DNA from: Elsinoe ampelina
Taxonomy: Eukaryota
Direction: 5' to 3'
DNA: 64,000 bases
Assembly: GCA_010093995.1 (NCBI GenBank)
Contig: ML992503.1
Span: 1,417,234-1,481,233, forward strand
This document shows, in pieces, positions 60,735 to 64,000 of this stretch. The translations under genes were made by a program, and so were the position numbers. Under the pieces are notes generated by a model. The model had not been told where the DNA came from and searched no databases. It worked only from the letters and a program-made list of their open reading frames with translations. The stretch's first letter is position 1, and every line of letters starts with the position of its first letter.

Positions 60735-61150
60735 GATGTGTGTTTGGGAAAGAGAAGATTGGCAAGAGATGAAAAGAACAGCTTGACGTTAATGTCAGGC
60801 CTCTTGTACCTCCTTCCTGATATATATCTCGAGGGTCTATCAATTCATGCATGTCGGGTATCCGCGGCGTCGGAAGGGATCCAGGTCAAATCTTCAACAT
60901 CCGTCGGAGGCATCCGAGGATCCGAAGCACTGAAACGAGACATCCGACAGCCTCGACGCCATGTTTCTATCGCCGAACCATGTTTTCGTGAGCATCGGAC
61001 GTTTTTGACATCGTGATCATGCGGTCGGACCTCAAAATGAACAGTAGTATGTAAAGATAGGTAGGCCTCTCCGGTCTTCTCCTAGCCTGTATCCATCTTC
61101 CGTTCCTCGTTTTTCCTGTCCTTCACTTCACACGCCGTTCGCCTTGCATA
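60735..61150. promoter_or_regulatory. Divergent kynureninase/IDO promoter with clustered TCCG/CGGA sites
   Basis: 416-bp head-to-head gap. About ten TCCG/CGGA occurrences between 60860 and 61075, three of them ATCCGA (60912, 60920, 60942). TATA-like tatatat at ~60821. Confidence 0.65.
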
Positions 61151-62441
61151 ATGAGCCCGCACAAGATCTCCACTGTAGCATCTTTGTTGGATGTATCAGC
61201 ATATGGCATCTCTCAAAACGGTTTCCTTCCAGGCGACGCTCCTCTTCGGTCGCTGCCAAACCCATACTACCAACCATGGGAGGCCCTGATAGGCAGCTTG
61301 CCTGAGCATCTGGAGGGAAAGACATTACGGACTGCCATCGACAATCTCGCAGTGCTTTCGACAGATGGTCTAGATACAGAGCCAGAATGGCAGCGTGCAT
61401 ATCTCATTCTGACCATGCTTGCTCAAGGATACATCTGGCAAGGTCCTCAGCCCAGTGAGGTAAAGTCGAGCCTGCATATTTATCATCCCACCCACTGATT
61501 GTGTTCAGCGCCTACCACCCGCAATATCGATACCACTTCTGGCCGTCTCATCACATCTCTCCGTCCTACCTGTCGCCACATATGCTGCTCTGAATCTATG
61601 GAACTGGACACCCACCTCAGTCCACGGGGACATCTGCAATCCGGACAATCTCGTGGCGCTACACACATTCACCGGGACCGATGACGAGTCGTGGTTCTAC
61701 GTTGTGTCGAACGCCATGGAGGCACGAGCCGCTCCTGTCCTAGCTGCCATGCTTCTCGCCATGCAAGCCGTTGAGCAAAACAACGCCGATGGGGTGATCG
61801 AGAGCCTAGATTTCCTGGCAAAGAGCTTGGTCGAAATAGGGGAGCTCATTGACCGTATGCACGAGCGGTGCGATCCTATGGTCTTCTACCACCAGATCCG
61901 ACCATACCTCGCAGGAAGTAAGAATATGCAGGCTGCCGGACTTCCAGACGGGGTCTTCTTCGACGAAGGTGCGGGGAAAGGCAAGTGGAGACGGTACAGA
62001 GGTGGTAGTAACGGCCAGAGCTCGTTCATCCAATTCTTCGATGCCGTACTCGGTGTCGTGCATGAAAAGACGCAGGATTTTCACCAGGAGATGAGACGGT
62101 ACATGCCAGGGCCTCATGCCAGGTTCCTCAACGAGGTCTGTGAGGTGGCCAATATCCGGGAGTACGTCGAGAGCCGGCCCAGGGATGGGGAGCTTACGCT
62201 TGCATTCAACGATGCGGTCGCAAGTCTTACTGTGTTCCGGAACAAGCATCTCAACTTGGTGTCGAGGTACATTATAGTACCGAGCAGGCAGCCGAAGCCG
62301 GTAGGCAAATCAGTCAGACAGGACCTGGCTACTGCATGCTCCACGATCGTCAGCGGCCAAGAGCTCGTCGGAACCGGAGGTACCAAGCTGCTTCCTTTCC
62401 TCAAGCAGACAAGAGACGATACAGCTTCGACGTCGGTGTGA
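61151..62441 (+). CDS. BNA2: Indoleamine 2,3-dioxygenase (heme), 2 exons
   Basis: YGISQNGFLP, WQRAYLILTMLAQGYIW, PVATYAALNLWNW, FTGTDDESWFYVVS..MEA, FYHQIRPYLAG, GGSNGQSS, EMRRYMPGPH, proximal His FRNKH...RYI, GTGG loop. Confidence 0.95.
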
Positions 62442-62549
62442 TGGATATCGTCAAGTAGAAAGATTCGAGTCGTTTCCTCAAGCAGACAAGAGACGATACA
62501 GCTGCGACATCGGTGTGATGGATATCGTCAAGTAGAAAGATTCGAGTCG
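62396..62549 (+). repeat. Direct tandem duplication, 2 x 77 nt, spanning the IDO stop codon
   Basis: 62396-62472 and 62473-62549 are identical except for 2 substitutions (cagcTtcgacGtcgg vs cagcTgcgacAtcgg region). Confidence 0.95.
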
Positions 62550-62593
62550 TACCAAGTGCTGGTTACGATCTCTAGAATATACTGTGTCGCTTC

Positions 62594-64000
62594 TCAAGTC
62601 ACATCCCCATTCAAAAGCGTAGCTGCACCATCATCAATCGAGAAGAACGAATCTTCGAAGGCAAAACCGAAGTTCGGTCCTGTTGGTCGCAGAAAGTCTT
62701 GTAGCGTCTGGTCATCTTCGGCGCTCCAGGGGAAAGACAGCGGGTTCATAGGTGTCGTCTGCTGATTTGGCAGCGCAGTAGCAGATTGATCGAGCTCAAA
62801 GGCTGCATCTGCTGCTGCTGCCGGCCCAAACCCATTAGCAGCGGCTGCCGGACTCGCGGTCTGTGTGGTGAAAGTTAAACCGAAAAGTTCGGACGACGCT
62901 TGCTTCAGTTTATGCCTGAAATCCGGCTCTCGATTGCGGATGTAGCTGCTGGTCACATCAACAAGCGTTTGCACGATACTCGAGTATTGGCGTGCGTGCG
63001 GGTCGACTTTTCCAAAGTGTTGGAGGCACTGTACTGATGCCCTAGTTGGCTCTTCTAGGACAAGACCATGACGACCTAACATACCCAGTCCTAAAGTGAG
63101 GGAGGATGCGAACAGCCAAGAACTTTTCTCGTTAGTCAAAGATGTCGTTGGTGGGGGAACGGAGATACCTACACCACACCTGGTGCTAGAGAGGGAACTT
63201 TCTCCGCACTGATGAGGTCCTGGATGATATTGACGAGCGTAATAGCAGCATCGATGGCTCCATCTGCAAACTTCTTCTTGTTCCGCTCTTCATATTGGGT
63301 GGTCGGTGCTCTTGCCTGTGACGTGCCCAACGAGTCGTAAACGTCGTAGATTAAGAAAGGCCGAGCAAGAAGAGTGATACTGTACAGATATGTGCTTACT
63401 ACTTGCAACGCACCGGTAGAGTCTCCTTCTACACCCGGTGTAGGCCTCTCTTCTCCAAGTAGTTCCATAAGCGGCTCTAGCCACGTCGAGGCCCATGCTT
63501 TCAGTTGATTGGAAACGAAGTGAGCGACCTTGACAGAAATATGTTTCCTGCTGTAGACTTGGACAACGACTTGCTCCAGGATGTCAGAAAGCGACAAATT
63601 AGCTTCAAGCAGATTGACAGGTGTCCCGGCTGTCTTAGCGGCTGCTCTGCGATGGGTGTCGTCGGCATCCGATATACCAGGCGGGCGGCCCAAGAGACAG
63701 CTGATGAACAAGTCAAAGACTCGCAGACTTCTCCAGATACGATTCCTGGATCGTCAGTCAAGGTCGCGTTGTCTCCAGCGTACATACCGTAAGGCCTTCA
63801 AAGGCAGTTCAAAAGAAGCATTGACTTCTGCGCGGTGCAGCCCTATTGCATATGCCGACCGAGCTGCCAGTGCTGGAAGAGCTTAGTTGCCGAGTAGATG
63901 GAAGCCGGAGGGCGACTCACAAAAGAAGAGGTAGGCCGCATTCGGCTTGAATGCTCGAAGCATGTACAGCGCCATCAGAGTGTGACCCTGCACCACTTGA
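62594..64000 (-). CDS. Fungal-specific transcription factor (middle homology domain; probably Zn2Cys6), 5' end outside the window
   Basis: VVQGHTLMALYMLRAFKPNAAYLFF / AARSAYAIGLHR...RDLDXSRNRIWRSLRVFDLFISCLLGRP; YLYSITLLARPFL; intron; SWLFASSLTLG...DPHARQYSSI. Confidence 0.85.

Noticed and set aside
1..64000. Transposons, tRNA/rRNA, CRISPR arrays, secondary-metabolite backbone genes
   Set aside because: No transposase, RT or integrase motifs, terminal repeats, cloverleafs, spaced repeat arrays or PKS/NRPS domains were seen; small RNAs could be missed without a covariance search.

Overview
Gene-dense, intron-containing DNA from a filamentous ascomycete. Short GT-AG introns with CTRAC branch points and Pezizomycotina-type gene families support this; an Eurotiomycete/black-yeast origin is only a guess. 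About 28 protein-coding loci are supported. Most are housekeeping genes: ELG1 (partial), UTP8-like, PEX11-family, MRP17/bS6m, GCV3, GFA-domain protein, a kinase, PTM1, eIF4B, SAF1, AmdX/Adr1-like TF, VPS38, MHR1/mL67, DUG3, DUF4112, PRP19 and an Slx5-like RING. Among them are accessory genes: a secreted cyanophycinase-like S51 peptidase, a frameshifted DUF3176 gene, DUF3500, and F-box-like paralogs, one with an in-frame stop. The right end holds a compact tryptophan-catabolism unit: kynureninase and indoleamine 2,3-dioxygenase transcribed divergently from a promoter dense in TCCG/CGGA sites, next to a fungal-specific transcription factor. The most striking pattern not explained by the annotation is about 11 recurring islands of 0.5-1.2 kb. 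Each switches abruptly from C(A)-rich to G(T)-rich regardless of gene orientation and visibly reshapes codon and amino-acid usage. No tRNA, rRNA, CRISPR or transposase was recognised. All calls come from reading the sequence by eye; no database searches were run, and exon boundaries are manual.
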